DNA of 64,000 nt from Acidimicrobiia bacterium. GTDB lineage: Bacteria > Actinomycetota > Acidimicrobiia > Spongiisociales > UBA5794. The DNA lies in contig JASJDZ010000006.1 in NCBI GenBank assembly GCA_030065575.1, forward strand, positions 21,722 through 85,721, given 5' to 3'. Both the position numbers and the translations under genes were made by a program. Positions 18,551-30,164 of this stretch are shown here, piece after piece. The notes under the pieces are model-generated. The model ran no database searches. It was not told the DNA's origin and was given only the letters and a program-made list of their open reading frames with translations. The first letter of the stretch is position 1, and every line of letters begins with the position of its first letter.

Positions 18551-19519
18551 TCAGGCGAGACGAGCCAGTGCGCCACCAAGCCGCACGGAGTCATGTCGAG
18601 GGACAGTAGAGCGGAGGTCCACGAATTGCCCCAGAACAACGTCAACGCCGTAAGTTGCCAGCACCTCCTCGTCGACCAGAACCGGTTCTAGAGGCGGCGG
18701 AAACGTCGCCGACGTTTCGTTGGCGACGATAGCAGCGGGGGGCCTCATTCCACTCATTCGGATCAGTGCATCCAGGTGGTCGGCACAGTCCATGCCCAGG
18801 GTTTCCCCGTCCTGGGTGCTGACGTTGGCAACGTAGATGAGTCGTCCGGTGGCGAGATTCACCGCTTCGACGATTCCCGGCACCAGAAGTGTTGCCAATA
18901 GCGATGTGTAGAGACTGCCCGGACCGATCACAATCTGGTCTGCTGCCAATATCGCCTGGATTGCCTCGGGACTGGCCTCGGCCGCTTCCGGGACCAGGCT
19001 CATCTCCTCAACGCTGCCGCGGCTGAGCGCAAGCGCAACTTGGCCATCGACCTGCGTGCCATCTACCACCGCTCTGATGTGAAGCCGCTGTGGGGATACC
19101 GGGATGACCGAGCCAACCGTGTCCAGCAGTTTTTCGGCAGCCTTGAGAGCGGCACGGAAGTCGCCGGTCAGGTCAGCCAGCGAGGCGATGATCAGGTTGC
19201 CTAATGAGTGGCCGCTGACATCGGCCCCGGCAAACCGGTAATCGAATAGATCTCTCCAGACGGAGTCCTCGGGAGCCAGAGCCAGCAGACACTTGCGGAT
19301 ATCACCGGGTGGCGGGATCTCCAGCTCCGGAGCAAGGCGTCCCGAAGAACCGCCGTCATCGGCAACCGTGACGATTGCGTCGATGCGTCCGGCGTAACGC
19401 TGAATCGCCCGCAGCGCAGCCGCCAGACCTTTGCCCCCACCGATCGCAACTACGTGCGGGCCCTTCCGGTCGACAGCAAGCGCTTCCTCGAGAGCTTCGG
19501 TGAGCGGTGTGTGCATCAT
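18551..19519 (-). CDS. YvcK/CofD-like gluconeogenesis-factor family protein (UPF0052)
   Basis: VVAIGGGKGLAAALRAIQRY...IVTVADDGGSSGRL...GHSLGNLIIA...GPGSLYTSL is the family signature. It holds the conserved position after rapZ. Confidence 0.85.
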   Translation of the reverse strand: MMHTPLTEALEEALAVDRKGPHVVAIGGGKGLAAALRAIQRYAGRIDAIVTVADDGGSSGRLAPELEIPPPGDIRKCLLALAPEDSVWRDLFDYRFAGADVSGHSLGNLIIASLADLTGDFRAALKAAEKLLDTVGSVIPVSPQRLHIRAVVDGTQVDGQVALALSRGSVEEMSLVPEAAEASPEAIQAILAADQIVIGPGSLYTSLLATLLVPGIVEAVNLATGRLIYVANVSTQDGETLGMDCADHLDALIRMSGMRPPAAIVANETSATFPPPLEPVLVDEEVLATYGVDVVLGQFVDLRSTVPRHDSVRLGGALARLA

Positions 19520-20383
19520 TTACTCGGCCGGTGTCTCTCTGTGACTCACGTTGGCGTCGAACCCTTGCGCCGCAAGCAGCCGACCCAACTCGTTGGCGAG
19601 AGCCACTGATCGATGCCGCCCTCCGGTGCAACCGATCCCGATGGTCAGGTAGGCCTTCCCTTCCGCTTCATACCGCGGCAATAGGAACCCGAGGAGGTCC
19701 ATTGCCTTGGCAACAAAGACCTTCGCGTCCGGTGCCGAGAGCACGTGATCGCTTACAGGCTCATCGTGCCCGGTCAACGGCCGGAGGTCAGGATTCCAGT
19801 GGGGGTTGGGCAGAAAACGCACGTCGAGAAGTAGATCGACGACCCGTGGCGTGCCCTTCTTGAATCCAAACGAGATCACGTCGACACGGAGCGCCCGTTT
19901 CTCTTCCAGCCCTTCGAAGGCTTCGATCACACGATCGCGCAGCTCATGCACATTGAGGTCGGTCGTGTCGATGATCACGTCGGCCAGCCCGCGGATCTCT
20001 TCGAAGGCCTGCCGCTCGGTAGCGATGCGCTCGGCCAGAGTGCCCTCCGCTATCGGGTGGCTCCGCCTCGTCTCCTCGAATCGGCGACCAAGGGTTGCGT
20101 TGTCCGCATCCATGAAGAGAACCGTTGTCCGCACACTTCGTTGCAACAGAGCGTTGAGGGCCTCCTCCAGTGCCTTGTAGGTGACTCCGCCACGGGTGTC
20201 GACAACCACGGCAATCCGTTCCCGTTGACCTTCCGGTACGCCAATCTGATCGATGAGAAGCTTGATCATCTCGGCGGGAAGGTTGTCAACTACGAAGTAG
20301 CCAAGATCCTCGAGAACGTTGGCCGCCTGGGAGCGGCCGGCTCCCGACATGCCGGTGATGATCACTGCCCTTGATTCACTCAA
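19520..20383 (-). CDS. rapZ: RNase adapter protein RapZ (P-loop NTPase)
   Basis: ITGMSGAGRS Walker A and a C-terminal IGCTGGRHRSV motif. It holds the conserved position after uvrC. Confidence 0.9.
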   Translation of the reverse strand: MSESRAVIITGMSGAGRSQAANVLEDLGYFVVDNLPAEMIKLLIDQIGVPEGQRERIAVVVDTRGGVTYKALEEALNALLQRSVRTTVLFMDADNATLGRRFEETRRSHPIAEGTLAERIATERQAFEEIRGLADVIIDTTDLNVHELRDRVIEAFEGLEEKRALRVDVISFGFKKGTPRVVDLLLDVRFLPNPHWNPDLRPLTGHDEPVSDHVLSAPDAKVFVAKAMDLLGFLLPRYEAEGKAYLTIGIGCTGGRHRSVALANELGRLLAAQGFDANVSHRETPAE

Positions 20384-22218
20384 CTCCGGCTCCCTCCGCT
20401 GGTGAGCGCTGCAACTACTTCTCGTGCCACGGTCTCCGGCACTACTGCAGCCACTTCCTCGAAAGTAGCGCTGCGCAGTCGTTTCAGCGAGCCAAATCGC
20501 CTCAGCAATTGCTGCTTGCGGGCCGGACCGACTCCCGGTACAGAGTCGAGAACCGAGTCCACCATTCGCTTGCTCCTGAGCTTGCGGTGATAGGTCACCG
20601 CAAACCGATGAGCTTCGTCTCGCACGCTTTGCAGAAGATACAGGGCATCCTCGCCACGTGGAATCATCAATGGGGTCTCCCGGTCGGGAAAGTAGACCTC
20701 CTCGAGACGCTTGGCCAGGCCAACGACCGGGATGTCGAGAGCAAAGTCATCCAGCACTCTGACGGCACGTCCCAGCTGACCGGCCCCGCCATCGATGACG
20801 ACAAGCGAAGGCGGATACGCAAACCTACCGCGCTCATCCGCCGGCCGTTCCAACTCCGCTCGGTAGGCCCCAAACCGGCGACGCAGCACCTCCTCCATAG
20901 CTGCAAAGTCATCCTGGCCTGACAGAGTCTTGATCTTGAACCGGCGGTACTCGGACTTCTTGGGAAGCCCGTCCTCGAAGACCACCATGGAGCCCACCGT
21001 GTCGCTCCCCTGGATAGTCGAGATGTCGTAGCACTCGATCCGCAGCGGCGCCTCGCTCATCCCCAGGTGTTCCTGCAGGCTGCGCAGTGCTTTCGCCCGT
21101 GCGTTGTGGTCTGCAGCCCTCTTCATCCGATGGCGAGCGAACTCCTCACGCGCATTCGCCTGCGCGGTCTCCATCAGCCGGCGCTTGGCTCCTCGCTGCG
21201 GGACGCGGAGCTCGACACGCGACCCGCGACGGCGACCCAGCCACTCCCGCCACAGGTCCACGTCCTCGGGAAGTGCCGGGACGACGATGAGGTTCGGCGG
21301 AGTGTCGCCCCCGTAGGTCTGACGGACAACGATCTCGATCAACGCCGCCTTGGTGACGTCCTCGACCTTGTCGATGACGTTGGTCTTTCTGCCGGTCAGC
21401 CTGCCTCTGGTGACGTTGAACACCACCACCACAGCCTCGAGGTCGTCTTCCTCAACTGCAATGAGGTCGAACGTCTCTGACCGGGTCGATACCAGCTCCT
21501 GTCTTTGCAGAGCCTTCTGCACCGAGGCCAGCTGGTCACGAAGCCTGGCGGCGTGCTCGAATTCCAGGCGTGACGCCGCTTCCTCCATTTCGGTTCTCAA
21601 CCGAGAAGTGAGATCGGCTCGATCCCCATCCAGGAAGGCAGCCATACCTTCGACATCTTCTAGGTACTTCTCTTCGGTCACCTCGCCGACGCACGGACCC
21701 GAGCACCGCTCGATGTGGAAGAGTAGACAAGGGCGGCCGAGCGCCTCGTGGCTCTTGTACTTGCTGTCGGTGCATGATCGAATCGGGAAGGTCCGCAGCA
21801 ACAGGTCTCGGGTTTGCCGAATGGCGTACGCATGAGCGTAGGGGCCGAAGTACTGAACCCCCTTGCGTCGCTTTCCTCTCATCACCATGACCCGGGGCCA
21901 ATCCTGGTAGCGAGTGATCGCTAGGTACGGAAAGCTCTTGTCATCCCGAAGCTTGATGTTGAAGCGAGGCTGATGCTTCTGAACGAGTGTGTACTCGAGC
22001 ATGAGTGCATCGACCTCAGAGTCGGTGACTATCCATTCGATGGACTCTGCCTCGGCCATCATGCGCCTGGTGCGCGTCAGCAGCTCGGAGGCGAAGTAAT
22101 TGGCGAGGCGCTTCCGCAGCGACTTCGCCTTACCAATGTAGAGAGCCCGCCCGTCGGCAGCATGAAACAAATAGACACCGGGGCTGTCCGGGATCGTTGA
22201 CGCTGGAGGCCGTTGCAC
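20380..22218 (-). CDS. uvrC: Excinuclease ABC subunit C
   Basis: GIY-YIG N-terminus (PGVYLFHAADGRALYIGKAKSLRKRL), UVR domain (FEHAARLRDQL), endonuclease and HhH C-terminus. Confidence 0.95.
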   Translation of the reverse strand: MQRPPASTIPDSPGVYLFHAADGRALYIGKAKSLRKRLANYFASELLTRTRRMMAEAESIEWIVTDSEVDALMLEYTLVQKHQPRFNIKLRDDKSFPYLAITRYQDWPRVMVMRGKRRKGVQYFGPYAHAYAIRQTRDLLLRTFPIRSCTDSKYKSHEALGRPCLLFHIERCSGPCVGEVTEEKYLEDVEGMAAFLDGDRADLTSRLRTEMEEAASRLEFEHAARLRDQLASVQKALQRQELVSTRSETFDLIAVEEDDLEAVVVVFNVTRGRLTGRKTNVIDKVEDVTKAALIEIVVRQTYGGDTPPNLIVVPALPEDVDLWREWLGRRRGSRVELRVPQRGAKRRLMETAQANAREEFARHRMKRAADHNARAKALRSLQEHLGMSEAPLRIECYDISTIQGSDTVGSMVVFEDGLPKKSEYRRFKIKTLSGQDDFAAMEEVLRRRFGAYRAELERPADERGRFAYPPSLVVIDGGAGQLGRAVRVLDDFALDIPVVGLAKRLEEVYFPDRETPLMIPRGEDALYLLQSVRDEAHRFAVTYHRKLRSKRMVDSVLDSVPGVGPARKQQLLRRFGSLKRLRSATFEEVAAVVPETVAREVVAALTSGGSRS

Positions 22219-22316
22219 CCTCTGATGCTAAGCCCGAACAGGCCTATTCATGCCGCAATCAAGCGCCGGACCAGACTGGTCAGTCAGACCTGGCGATCCG
22301 GCGAAGCTCGATGCGA

Positions 22317-22610
22317 TTAAGAAGCAACTGCTAGGGAAAGGCGGCGGCTGGCGTCCAGGATGCTGTCCAGATTCGTGGCAGCCATCTCAACTGATGCGTG
22401 CTCGCGTACCCGGTGCATGTCCTCGACAGTCATCCACTCAGGTGGAGTGTCGTAAACGTCGAGCTCGGGCACCTCGGCAACGACCTCGTCCGCTGTGTCG
22501 GCCTTGACAAATGCCCAGGCAGCTCCACTCCCGTATTCGTATGCGACGTAGAAACCGTCCATGCGTCCTCCGTTGGTCAACACGACGTCATCGGCTTCAA
22601 CGCCGACCAC
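22317..22610 (-). CDS. Hypothetical small acidic protein
   Basis: 97-aa ORF with coding-like composition and no recognisable motif. It overlaps the stop of the upstream methyltransferase gene by 14 nt. Confidence 0.45.
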   Translation of the reverse strand: MVGVEADDVVLTNGGRMDGFYVAYEYGSGAAWAFVKADTADEVVAEVPELDVYDTPPEWMTVEDMHRVREHASVEMAATNLDSILDASRRLSLAVAS

Positions 22611-23307
22611 CTTGAGTGTTCATCCAACGCGCACCCAGTAGTCGGGGGGTCTTCTCCTGCCCGACATACCCAGAATGGGCTGCTAGGGCCTCCTCTGAGA
22701 ACCCGGTCTCAATCAACTCCTGCAGAAACCACCCCGCGTTGGCGGCCGCATTGAGAATCTGACTGAGCGGACGATGGTGGAAGGTCACCGATCGATCGGG
22801 CGTGGCCATCTCACAGATCGACGCGGTGAAGTACTCGCCCCAACGCCACAGCACTTCGCCGTCGCTCGGATCCACGATCGGACCCGCCCTGTCAGCCGTG
22901 AAAGCGGGATGGTTCATAACCAGGATCAGCGATCCACCAGGCCGGACCACCCGAGCCACTGATCGAAAGACCTCGAGATTCGACAGGTGTTCCAGCACGA
23001 GAACCATGTATGCCCCGTCGACTGCGTCTGTCTGCAGCCAGTCGAGCCCCGGTAGCTCACAACAGACGACAGGACCTCGGGAACGAGCCCTTCTCAAGAG
23101 GTCGACTGAGACGTCGCATCCGATCGAATCGGGAATCTGCGTCATCACTTGTCCCTCGCCACAGCCGAGGTCCAGCATGCGGCCGGGGCCCCGATGTAGG
23201 CGCTGGAACAGTGGCAGCACATCCGTCTGATAGATCGGGTCGTCACCAATCTCGTCGAGCCACCAATCGGCGTGACCTACCCACTCGTTACGGTCGACCT
23301 CGCTCAT
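22597..23307 (-). CDS. Class I SAM-dependent methyltransferase
   Basis: Motif I MLDLGCGEGQ and post-I/II region AVDGAYMVLVLEHL...VRPGGSLILV. Confidence 0.75.
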   Translation of the reverse strand: MSEVDRNEWVGHADWWLDEIGDDPIYQTDVLPLFQRLHRGPGRMLDLGCGEGQVMTQIPDSIGCDVSVDLLRRARSRGPVVCCELPGLDWLQTDAVDGAYMVLVLEHLSNLEVFRSVARVVRPGGSLILVMNHPAFTADRAGPIVDPSDGEVLWRWGEYFTASICEMATPDRSVTFHHRPLSQILNAAANAGWFLQELIETGFSEEALAAHSGYVGQEKTPRLLGARWMNTQGGRR

Positions 23308-23318
23308 ATCTCGACACG

Positions 23319-26144
23319 CTAGACGGGCAACAGGTCCCTGAGGAACTTGCCGGTGTACGACTCCGGTACCTCGACGATGTCTTCGGGAGTGCCGGCGGCA
23401 ACGATCCGGCCGCCGTCGTCGCCACCCTCCGGGCCGAGATCAATGATCCAATCGGCCGTCTTGATCACGTCCAGGTTGTGCTCGATCACGACCACGGTGT
23501 TGCCGGCGTCGACCAGGCGGTGCAGCACACCGAGCAGCTTCCGAACGTCCTCGAAATGCAGCCCGGTGGTGGGCTCGTCGAGCACATAGAAGGTGCGTCC
23601 GGTCGAACGCTTCCCGAGCTCTGAAGCCAGCTTCACCCGCTGCGCCTCGCCGCCGGAAAGAGTTGGGGCTGGCTGACCGAGCGTTATGTAGCCGAGACCC
23701 ACGTCGAAGAGGGTCTCCAGCACCCTGGCGATGCGAGGCTGGTTCTCGAAGAAGTGCAACGCGGCCTCCACCGACATGTCGAGGACATCGGCGATGGAAT
23801 GACCCTTGAAGGCAATCTGCAAGGTCTCGCGGTTATAGCGGCGTCCCTTGCAGACCTCACAAGGGATGTAGACGTCGGGGAGGAAGTGCATCTCGATGCG
23901 TATGGTTCCGTCGCCCTTGCAAGTTTCACACCTGCCGCCGGAGACATTGAAGGAGAACCGCCCCGGCTTGTAGCCACGCATTCGGGCATCGGTCGTCGAC
24001 GCAAACAGCTCGCGGATCCGATCGAAGACCTTGGTGTAGGTGGCAGCATTTGATCGCGGGGTCCTCCCGATCGGCGATTGGTCGATGTTGATGACCTTGT
24101 CGATCTGGTCGGTCCCGCTGATCGAGCGATGCCGCCCGGGAAGCTTGTGCGACCCGTGCAGCTCGTGATGGAGCCCTTTGGAGAGAATCTCCTGCACGAG
24201 TGACGATTTGCCGCTGCCGGAGACGCCGGTGACGACGGTCAGTTTCCCGAGTGGAAACTCGACAGACACATCCTTGAGGTTGTTCTCGAACGCCCCGGTG
24301 ATGGTGATGGCACCACCGTTTCCAATCCGACGCACCTGCGGAACGGCAATCGTCTTTCTTCCCGCCAGGTAGTCGCCGGTCAGGGACTGAGCAGAGCCCA
24401 TTATGTTCTCGAGGTCGCCTGCGGCGACGATCTTCCCGCCGTGAGCGCCGGCGCCGGGGCCGATGTCCACAATATGGTCGGCTACCCGGATCGTCTCCTC
24501 GTCGTGCTCCACAACGATGAGTGTGTTGCCGAGATCACGCAGACGAAGCAGCGTTTCGATCAGCCGCTGATTGTCCCGCTGGTGCAGCCCGATCGACGGC
24601 TCGTCGAGGATGTAGAGCACGCCTACCAGGCCCGATCCGATCTGGGTCGCCAGGCGGATCCGCTGGGCTTCTCCCCCGGCCAGGGTTGCGGCCGACCTCA
24701 TCAGCGTGAGGTAATCGAGGCCAACGTCTACCAAGAAAGAGAGGCGCGCCTGGATCTCCTTGAGCACCAGTCGGGCAATCTGCATGTCCCGATCGCTCAC
24801 CTCCATTTCGCCGAGCCAATCAGCCGCTCGCCGCAGCGACATGGTCGACACCTCGAATATCGATAGGCCGCCGACGGTGACGGCCAGGGAGACCGGGTTG
24901 AGGCGACCCCCGCCGCAAGAGCTGCACGGCACCTCACGCATGAACTGGATGTATTGCTCGCGCACGCCCTCAGATTCGGTGTCCCGATAACGCCGCTCCA
25001 GCCACGGGACCACACCTTCATAGGTCGTCTCATAGTGGCGGCGGGATCCAAACCGATTTCGGTATGTCACGGTGTAGGGGCGCTCCCCCGTGCCGTTGAT
25101 CAGGAGCTCTTGCTGAGGTGAGGGCAGGTCCCGGAACGGCGCATCCATATCGATGCCGTACTCGGCGGATACCGCAGCTAGGAGCTTCTGCATGTAGCCC
25201 ATACGGTGCTTGCCGGCCCATGGCGCGATCGCGCCCTCGGCGAGGCTCTTGTCGGGTTGAGGAATGGCTAACTCCGCATCGACCTGAAAGCGGGTCCCGA
25301 TACCGCTACACACGGTGCAAGCACCATACGGGCTGTTGAACGAGAAGTTCCGTGGCTGCAATTCCTCGAATGAGAGCCCGCACTCCGGACAGGCGAAATG
25401 CTGACTGAACGTCAGCGTGGGACCATCGATGATGTCGATGAAGGCCACGCCTTCAGCGAGCGTCAGTGCCGTCTCGAGCGACTCGGTGAGCCGCTGCTCG
25501 ATGCCGTCCTTCCGCACCAATCGATCAACTACTACTTCGATCGTGTGCTGGAAGTAGCGATCGAGCTTGATCTCCTCGGTCAGGTCGTAGATCTCGCCAT
25601 CAATCCGCGCCCGGCTGTAGCCGTCCTTCCGCAAATCATCCAGGAGCGCCTCGTACTCGCCCTTCCGGCCCTGGACGATCGGAGCGAGAACCTGGAATCG
25701 GGTCCCGACCTCCAGGTCGAGAACCTGATCGACTATCTGCTGCGGTGTCTGCTTGGCGACCACGGATCCATCATTTGGGCAGTGCGGCACGCCGATTCTG
25801 GCGTACAGAAGCCGCAGATAATCATGAATCTCAGTGACGGTCCCAACGGTGGAGCGTGGGTTTCTGCTGGCGGTCTTCTGGTCGATGCTGATCGCCGGGG
25901 ACAGCCCTTCGATGAAATCGACGTCCGGCTTGTCCATCTGCCCGAGGAACTGGCGAGCGTACGCCGACAGGCTCTCGACATAACGGCGCTGACCCTCCGC
26001 ATAGATGGTGTCGAATGCCAGCGACGACTTCCCTGAACCGGACAGCCCGGTGAACACAATCAGTTCATCGCGCGGCAACTCAATGTCGATGTTCGCAAGA
26101 TTGTGCTCGCGCGCACCCTTGACGATGATCTTGTCGCTGCCCAC
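23319..26144 (-). CDS. uvrA: Excinuclease ABC subunit A
   Basis: 941 aa. GAREHNL, two ABC modules (GLSGSGKSS and [17 protein letters not shown] twice), and zinc modules CPECG / CETCKGDG...CEVCKG. Confidence 0.97.
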   Translation of the reverse strand: MGSDKIIVKGAREHNLANIDIELPRDELIVFTGLSGSGKSSLAFDTIYAEGQRRYVESLSAYARQFLGQMDKPDVDFIEGLSPAISIDQKTASRNPRSTVGTVTEIHDYLRLLYARIGVPHCPNDGSVVAKQTPQQIVDQVLDLEVGTRFQVLAPIVQGRKGEYEALLDDLRKDGYSRARIDGEIYDLTEEIKLDRYFQHTIEVVVDRLVRKDGIEQRLTESLETALTLAEGVAFIDIIDGPTLTFSQHFACPECGLSFEELQPRNFSFNSPYGACTVCSGIGTRFQVDAELAIPQPDKSLAEGAIAPWAGKHRMGYMQKLLAAVSAEYGIDMDAPFRDLPSPQQELLINGTGERPYTVTYRNRFGSRRHYETTYEGVVPWLERRYRDTESEGVREQYIQFMREVPCSSCGGGRLNPVSLAVTVGGLSIFEVSTMSLRRAADWLGEMEVSDRDMQIARLVLKEIQARLSFLVDVGLDYLTLMRSAATLAGGEAQRIRLATQIGSGLVGVLYILDEPSIGLHQRDNQRLIETLLRLRDLGNTLIVVEHDEETIRVADHIVDIGPGAGAHGGKIVAAGDLENIMGSAQSLTGDYLAGRKTIAVPQVRRIGNGGAITITGAFENNLKDVSVEFPLGKLTVVTGVSGSGKSSLVQEILSKGLHHELHGSHKLPGRHRSISGTDQIDKVINIDQSPIGRTPRSNAATYTKVFDRIRELFASTTDARMRGYKPGRFSFNVSGGRCETCKGDGTIRIEMHFLPDVYIPCEVCKGRRYNRETLQIAFKGHSIADVLDMSVEAALHFFENQPRIARVLETLFDVGLGYITLGQPAPTLSGGEAQRVKLASELGKRSTGRTFYVLDEPTTGLHFEDVRKLLGVLHRLVDAGNTVVVIEHNLDVIKTADWIIDLGPEGGDDGGRIVAAGTPEDIVEVPESYTGKFLRDLLPV

Positions 26145-26209
26145 GAGTAGTGCCGTCCTCCGCCTCGTCTACGGACATCCGGCGATTGTAGTTGGGGGCC
26201 CTGACAGAA

Positions 26210-27397
26210 TTACACGGGCGTAGCTTCGAGTACTCGCCCGTTCAGGGCCTGCCATACCAGCCACCCCATCGCCAGCCAGGCCACCGGGCCGAGCGGCGAC
26301 CAACCTAGCTGCGGGGCAGCAAGCTGGATCCATGAGCCGACCAGAACCCCGAGCACGACGAGACGGTAGCGCTCAGCGTTGGCAGCCATTACGGCCACCA
26401 TGGCGAGAGCGAGCAGCCCCACGTCGTAGTAGAGAGTCTGCGGCGCTGCGATGACGACTGCACCCGCCGCGAGCGCATACCGCCCGAGGGTCGCCCCGTG
26501 CGGGTTGCGCCACCAGAACACAGCGACACCCAATCCCAACACACCCGCAAGCAGGTACCCGGCAAACGGGCCTGCCGCGACTGACGAGGCATTCTCGAGG
26601 AAGCCAGGCAGCGACACGAAGTTGCCGCCGTTGATGGTTGCGTTTGCGTCTCGGAACGAGGTCGCCTGATCCCACCACGGGCCCACCCAGTCCCAGCCGA
26701 GCGGCAATGCCGACAGGAGATACAGTGCGGCTGCTCCCGCCGACCAACCGCCGAGGACTCGCCACCGTCGGCAAAGTACGAGCAGAGGGACGATGACGAC
26801 CCCGAACTGTGGCTTGTAGAGCATCGCCGCCAGCGCCACACCTGCCAGAACCGGTCGCCCTTCATGCTCCAGGCGAGCGGCAGCTGCGAGGAGCAGCAGA
26901 CTGAGACTGGTGTTCTGACCTCCGGGGACGGCGCGAAGTAGCGGGTAGAACGCAAGCATTGCGACCAATACGGCTGTGGGAGGCCACCCGAACCGACGCA
27001 ACCACGGCCAAAGCAACCAGATCGCTCCGCCCAGTGCCCCCGCCATCAATAGGGTGTGAGCGAAGGAGGACCAGGCGTACGGGAGAAGTGCGAGCGGTGC
27101 GTAGGCGCCCGCGACGAACGGCGGATAGGAGAAGTAGAGGTATCCGCCCTCGTCATCGATCAGACCAGCCTGCTCGCGCTGCTGACGTTCGTGCGAGTAC
27201 AGATCCTGCCAATCGCCTGAGACAACAATCGACCCCGCCGAGTAGAAGGCTGGATAGTCCCCTCCGATCCTGGTTTCCGGATCGGCCTCATCGAAGACGA
27301 CCGTCGCAAACAGCAAGGCCGTTGCCATCGTGCCCAGGATCACGAATGGATAGATGCGCAGTCGCCAGGCAAGACGGTCTGAGGCTTCGTCGGTCAC
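26210..27397 (-). CDS. Polytopic membrane glycosyltransferase, GT87/DUF2029-like
   Basis: About 10 TM helices. The early loop [11 protein letters not shown] and the LYKPQFG motif resemble mycobacterial-type polyprenol-phosphate-sugar-dependent mannosyltransferases. Family assignment rests on motif memory only. Confidence 0.55.
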   Translation of the reverse strand: MTDEASDRLAWRLRIYPFVILGTMATALLFATVVFDEADPETRIGGDYPAFYSAGSIVVSGDWQDLYSHERQQREQAGLIDDEGGYLYFSYPPFVAGAYAPLALLPYAWSSFAHTLLMAGALGGAIWLLWPWLRRFGWPPTAVLVAMLAFYPLLRAVPGGQNTSLSLLLLAAAARLEHEGRPVLAGVALAAMLYKPQFGVVIVPLLVLCRRWRVLGGWSAGAAALYLLSALPLGWDWVGPWWDQATSFRDANATINGGNFVSLPGFLENASSVAAGPFAGYLLAGVLGLGVAVFWWRNPHGATLGRYALAAGAVVIAAPQTLYYDVGLLALAMVAVMAANAERYRLVVLGVLVGSWIQLAAPQLGWSPLGPVAWLAMGWLVWQALNGRVLEATPV

Positions 27398-27490
27398 GGG
27401 CGAACCCTAACCGCTCATGCGTTTAGCCCCTCGCCACCTGCGGTGCGGACCACGTTCGGTTTGCGTGGCGAATTTCCACTGAGCTCGCAA

Positions 27491-29503
27491 CTACCTAGCT
27501 GCCTCGGTAACCTCGCGCAGCTCGCGCTTCAACTCCCCGATTTCGTCCCGTAGCCGTGCCGCGTACTCAAATCTGAGGTCCGTAGCGGCCTCGTGCATTT
27601 CCTCTTCGAGGCTCTGAATGAGCCTGCGCAGGTCGGAGGTCCCGAGATCGAGCGGCTTCCGCTCGCGACCTTCGCGTACGCGCCGGTCGGCCGATGGGGA
27701 ATCGGAGCCCTGCACCAGTTGGAGAATGTCGCTGACCTTCTTGCGAATGGTCTGCGGATCGATCCCGTGCTCCTCGTTGAAGTCGAGCTGGAGGCGGCGC
27801 CGTCGGTTGGTCTCGCTGATTGCCCATTGCATCGAGTCCGTCACAGAATCCGCGTACATGATCACTTGCCCGTCGACGTTGCGCGCGGCGCGACCAATTG
27901 TCTGGACCAGGGAGGTTTGCGACCGCAAGAATCCCTCCTTGTCGGCGTCGAGAATCGCGACCAGTGCCACCTCGGGAAGGTCCAGCCCCTCCCGAAGCAG
28001 GTTGACCCCTACGAGCACGTCGTACTCCCCCAGGCGCAACTCGCTGAGGATCTGCACGCGTTCCAGGGTGTCGATATCCGAATGCAGATATCGGGCCTTG
28101 ACCCCCAACTCGAGCAGATAGTCGGTGAGGTCCTCCGACATCTTCTTGGTCAGCGTCGTCACCAGGACCCGTTGATCTCGCTCGGCTCGCAGTTGGATCT
28201 CTTCGATCAAGTCGTCGATCTGGCCCTTTGTTGGCCTCACGATGACCTCCGGATCAACGAGGCCGGTTGGGCGAATGACCTGTTCCACGACCTGAGTGGC
28301 AACGTCGAGCTCCCAACGGCCCGGAGTGGCCGAGAGCAGAACGCACTGATTGGTGCGCTCGAACCACTCCTCGAAGGTTATTGGCCTGTTGTCCATCGCA
28401 GATGGGAGGCGGAAGCCGTGCTCGACGAGCACCTCTTTGCGGCTCCGATCGCCGGCGTACTGCCCGTGGATCTGCGGGATCGTGACATGGCTCTCGTCGA
28501 TGATTGTGATGTAGTTCTCGGGGAAGTAGTCGAGGAGGGTGTACGGAGGGCTCCCTGCCTCCCTTCCGTCGAGATGCCGCGAATAGTTCTCGATGCCGGC
28601 GCAGGTACCAATCTCGCGCATCATCTCCATGTCATAGGAAGTACGCATCCGCAGCCTTTGTGCTTCCAGCAGCTTGCCTTGGCGCTCCAACTGCTGCAGC
28701 CGCTCATGGAGCTCGACTTCGATGTCCGCTACCGCTCGCAGCATCCGCTCCTGCCCGGCCACATAGTGCGTGGCCGGATAGACCATGACCTCGCGCAGCT
28801 CCTCCAGAATCTCGCCGGTCACGGGATTCATGCGAAGAATCCGGTCAATCTCATCACCGAAGTATTCGACCCGATAGATCGTCTCCTCGTAGGCGGGGAA
28901 GATCTCCAGCGTGTCGCCCTTGAGCCGGAACTTGCCCCGGACCAGGTTCACCTCATTCCGCTCGTACTGGATATCGACGAGGCGCCGGACGGCATCACCA
29001 AGCGGGTACTCGACCCCACGGATCAGCCGGAGAAGCCGCCCCTCGTACTGCTCGGGAGAACCCAGCCCGTAGATTGCCGAGACCGAGGCGACAATGATCA
29101 CGTCTTCTCGAGTGAGCAGCGCCGCCGTTGCCGCATGACGAAGTCGATCGATCTCGTCGTTCATCGTCGACTCTTTTTCGATGTAGGTATCGGTCTGCGC
29201 GATGTACGCCTCGGGCTGGTAGTAGTCGTAGTAGCTGACGAAGTACTCGACCTTGTTCTCCGGGAAGAACTCGCGGAACTCGTTGGCCAGCTGTGCTGCC
29301 AGTGCCTTGTTGGGGGCAAGAACGATCGTTGGGCGCTGCACCTGCTCAATCAGCCACGCTACGGTCGCCGACTTACCCGACCCGGTGATTCCCATGAGAG
29401 CTTGGAAGCGATCGCCGCGGTCGAGCCCCGCCGCCAGCTGGGCGATGGCCTCCGGTTGGTCACCGGCCGGTTGGAAATCGCTGTGGACCTTGAACGGGCG
29501 CAT
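27491..29503 (-). CDS. uvrB: Excinuclease ABC subunit B
   Basis: [20 protein letters not shown]..., [12 protein letters not shown], a helicase C-terminal domain and the C-terminal UVR motif ([11 protein letters not shown]). ATG at 29503 removes the Arg-rich extension of the track ORF and its overlap with coaE. Confidence 0.95.
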   Translation of the reverse strand: MRPFKVHSDFQPAGDQPEAIAQLAAGLDRGDRFQALMGITGSGKSATVAWLIEQVQRPTIVLAPNKALAAQLANEFREFFPENKVEYFVSYYDYYQPEAYIAQTDTYIEKESTMNDEIDRLRHAATAALLTREDVIIVASVSAIYGLGSPEQYEGRLLRLIRGVEYPLGDAVRRLVDIQYERNEVNLVRGKFRLKGDTLEIFPAYEETIYRVEYFGDEIDRILRMNPVTGEILEELREVMVYPATHYVAGQERMLRAVADIEVELHERLQQLERQGKLLEAQRLRMRTSYDMEMMREIGTCAGIENYSRHLDGREAGSPPYTLLDYFPENYITIIDESHVTIPQIHGQYAGDRSRKEVLVEHGFRLPSAMDNRPITFEEWFERTNQCVLLSATPGRWELDVATQVVEQVIRPTGLVDPEVIVRPTKGQIDDLIEEIQLRAERDQRVLVTTLTKKMSEDLTDYLLELGVKARYLHSDIDTLERVQILSELRLGEYDVLVGVNLLREGLDLPEVALVAILDADKEGFLRSQTSLVQTIGRAARNVDGQVIMYADSVTDSMQWAISETNRRRRLQLDFNEEHGIDPQTIRKKVSDILQLVQGSDSPSADRRVREGRERKPLDLGTSDLRRLIQSLEEEMHEAATDLRFEYAARLRDEIGELKRELREVTEAAR

Positions 29504-29544
29504 ATGCAGGCAGCGTACTCGGAGCCGGTGACAGAAAGCGTCGA

Positions 29545-30147
29545 TCAGGCCGTGGCGCCGAGCTGCTCCCAGGCCTCCCTGACGCGCTCTTCCAATTGCC
29601 CTAGGTCGCCTGTGTTCTCGATGGTTATGTCGGCTCCGTCTAGCCAACCTGCGTAGCGTTCCTGCGCCGTCATTCGGTCGGCAACGTCGGACTCATCCAT
29701 CCCCCGAGCAACTGACCGCCGCAACCGGAGTTCCTCAGGAGCAGTCACCGCGATTCGCGTCCATCCCTCATCGACGTACCCGCCGGCGACCGGCAGTTCG
29801 AGCACAACATCGAGATCATCGACCTCGGCAACCCTGCGGGCAATCTCGGCGGCAATCAGCGGATGAGAGATGCGTTCGAGCGCCCGCAACTCCTCACTGT
29901 CACTGAACACGATTGCCGCGAGACCTCCCCGGTCGATACGGCCATCCACCACCACCTGCGGCCAACGTTGTGCGACGTGCTCAAATGCCGTCCCGCCGGG
30001 AGCCAGGATCTCGTGCCCGATACGATCGGCTTCGATCACAACCGCGCCAAGTCGCGCCAGGATGCTGAGCACGGTCGTCTTGCCGCTACCTATGCCGCCA
30101 CTCACGATCACGCGGCGGGGCCGGCGAGTATTGCCATCCTGACTCAT
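29545..30147 (-). CDS. coaE: Dephospho-CoA kinase
   Basis: P-loop [10 protein letters not shown], about 200 aa. It holds the conserved actinobacterial position next to uvrB. Confidence 0.85.
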   Translation of the reverse strand: MSQDGNTRRPRRVIVSGGIGSGKTTVLSILARLGAVVIEADRIGHEILAPGGTAFEHVAQRWPQVVVDGRIDRGGLAAIVFSDSEELRALERISHPLIAAEIARRVAEVDDLDVVLELPVAGGYVDEGWTRIAVTAPEELRLRRSVARGMDESDVADRMTAQERYAGWLDGADITIENTGDLGQLEERVREAWEQLGATA

Positions 30148-30164
30148 GAGGCGGACTGTACCCT

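Noticed and set aside
27593-29656. 687-aa plus-strand ORF
   Set aside because: It is antisense to uvrB, which has unmistakable motifs. Long antisense ORFs are expected in high-GC DNA, and its product has no domain-like sequence.
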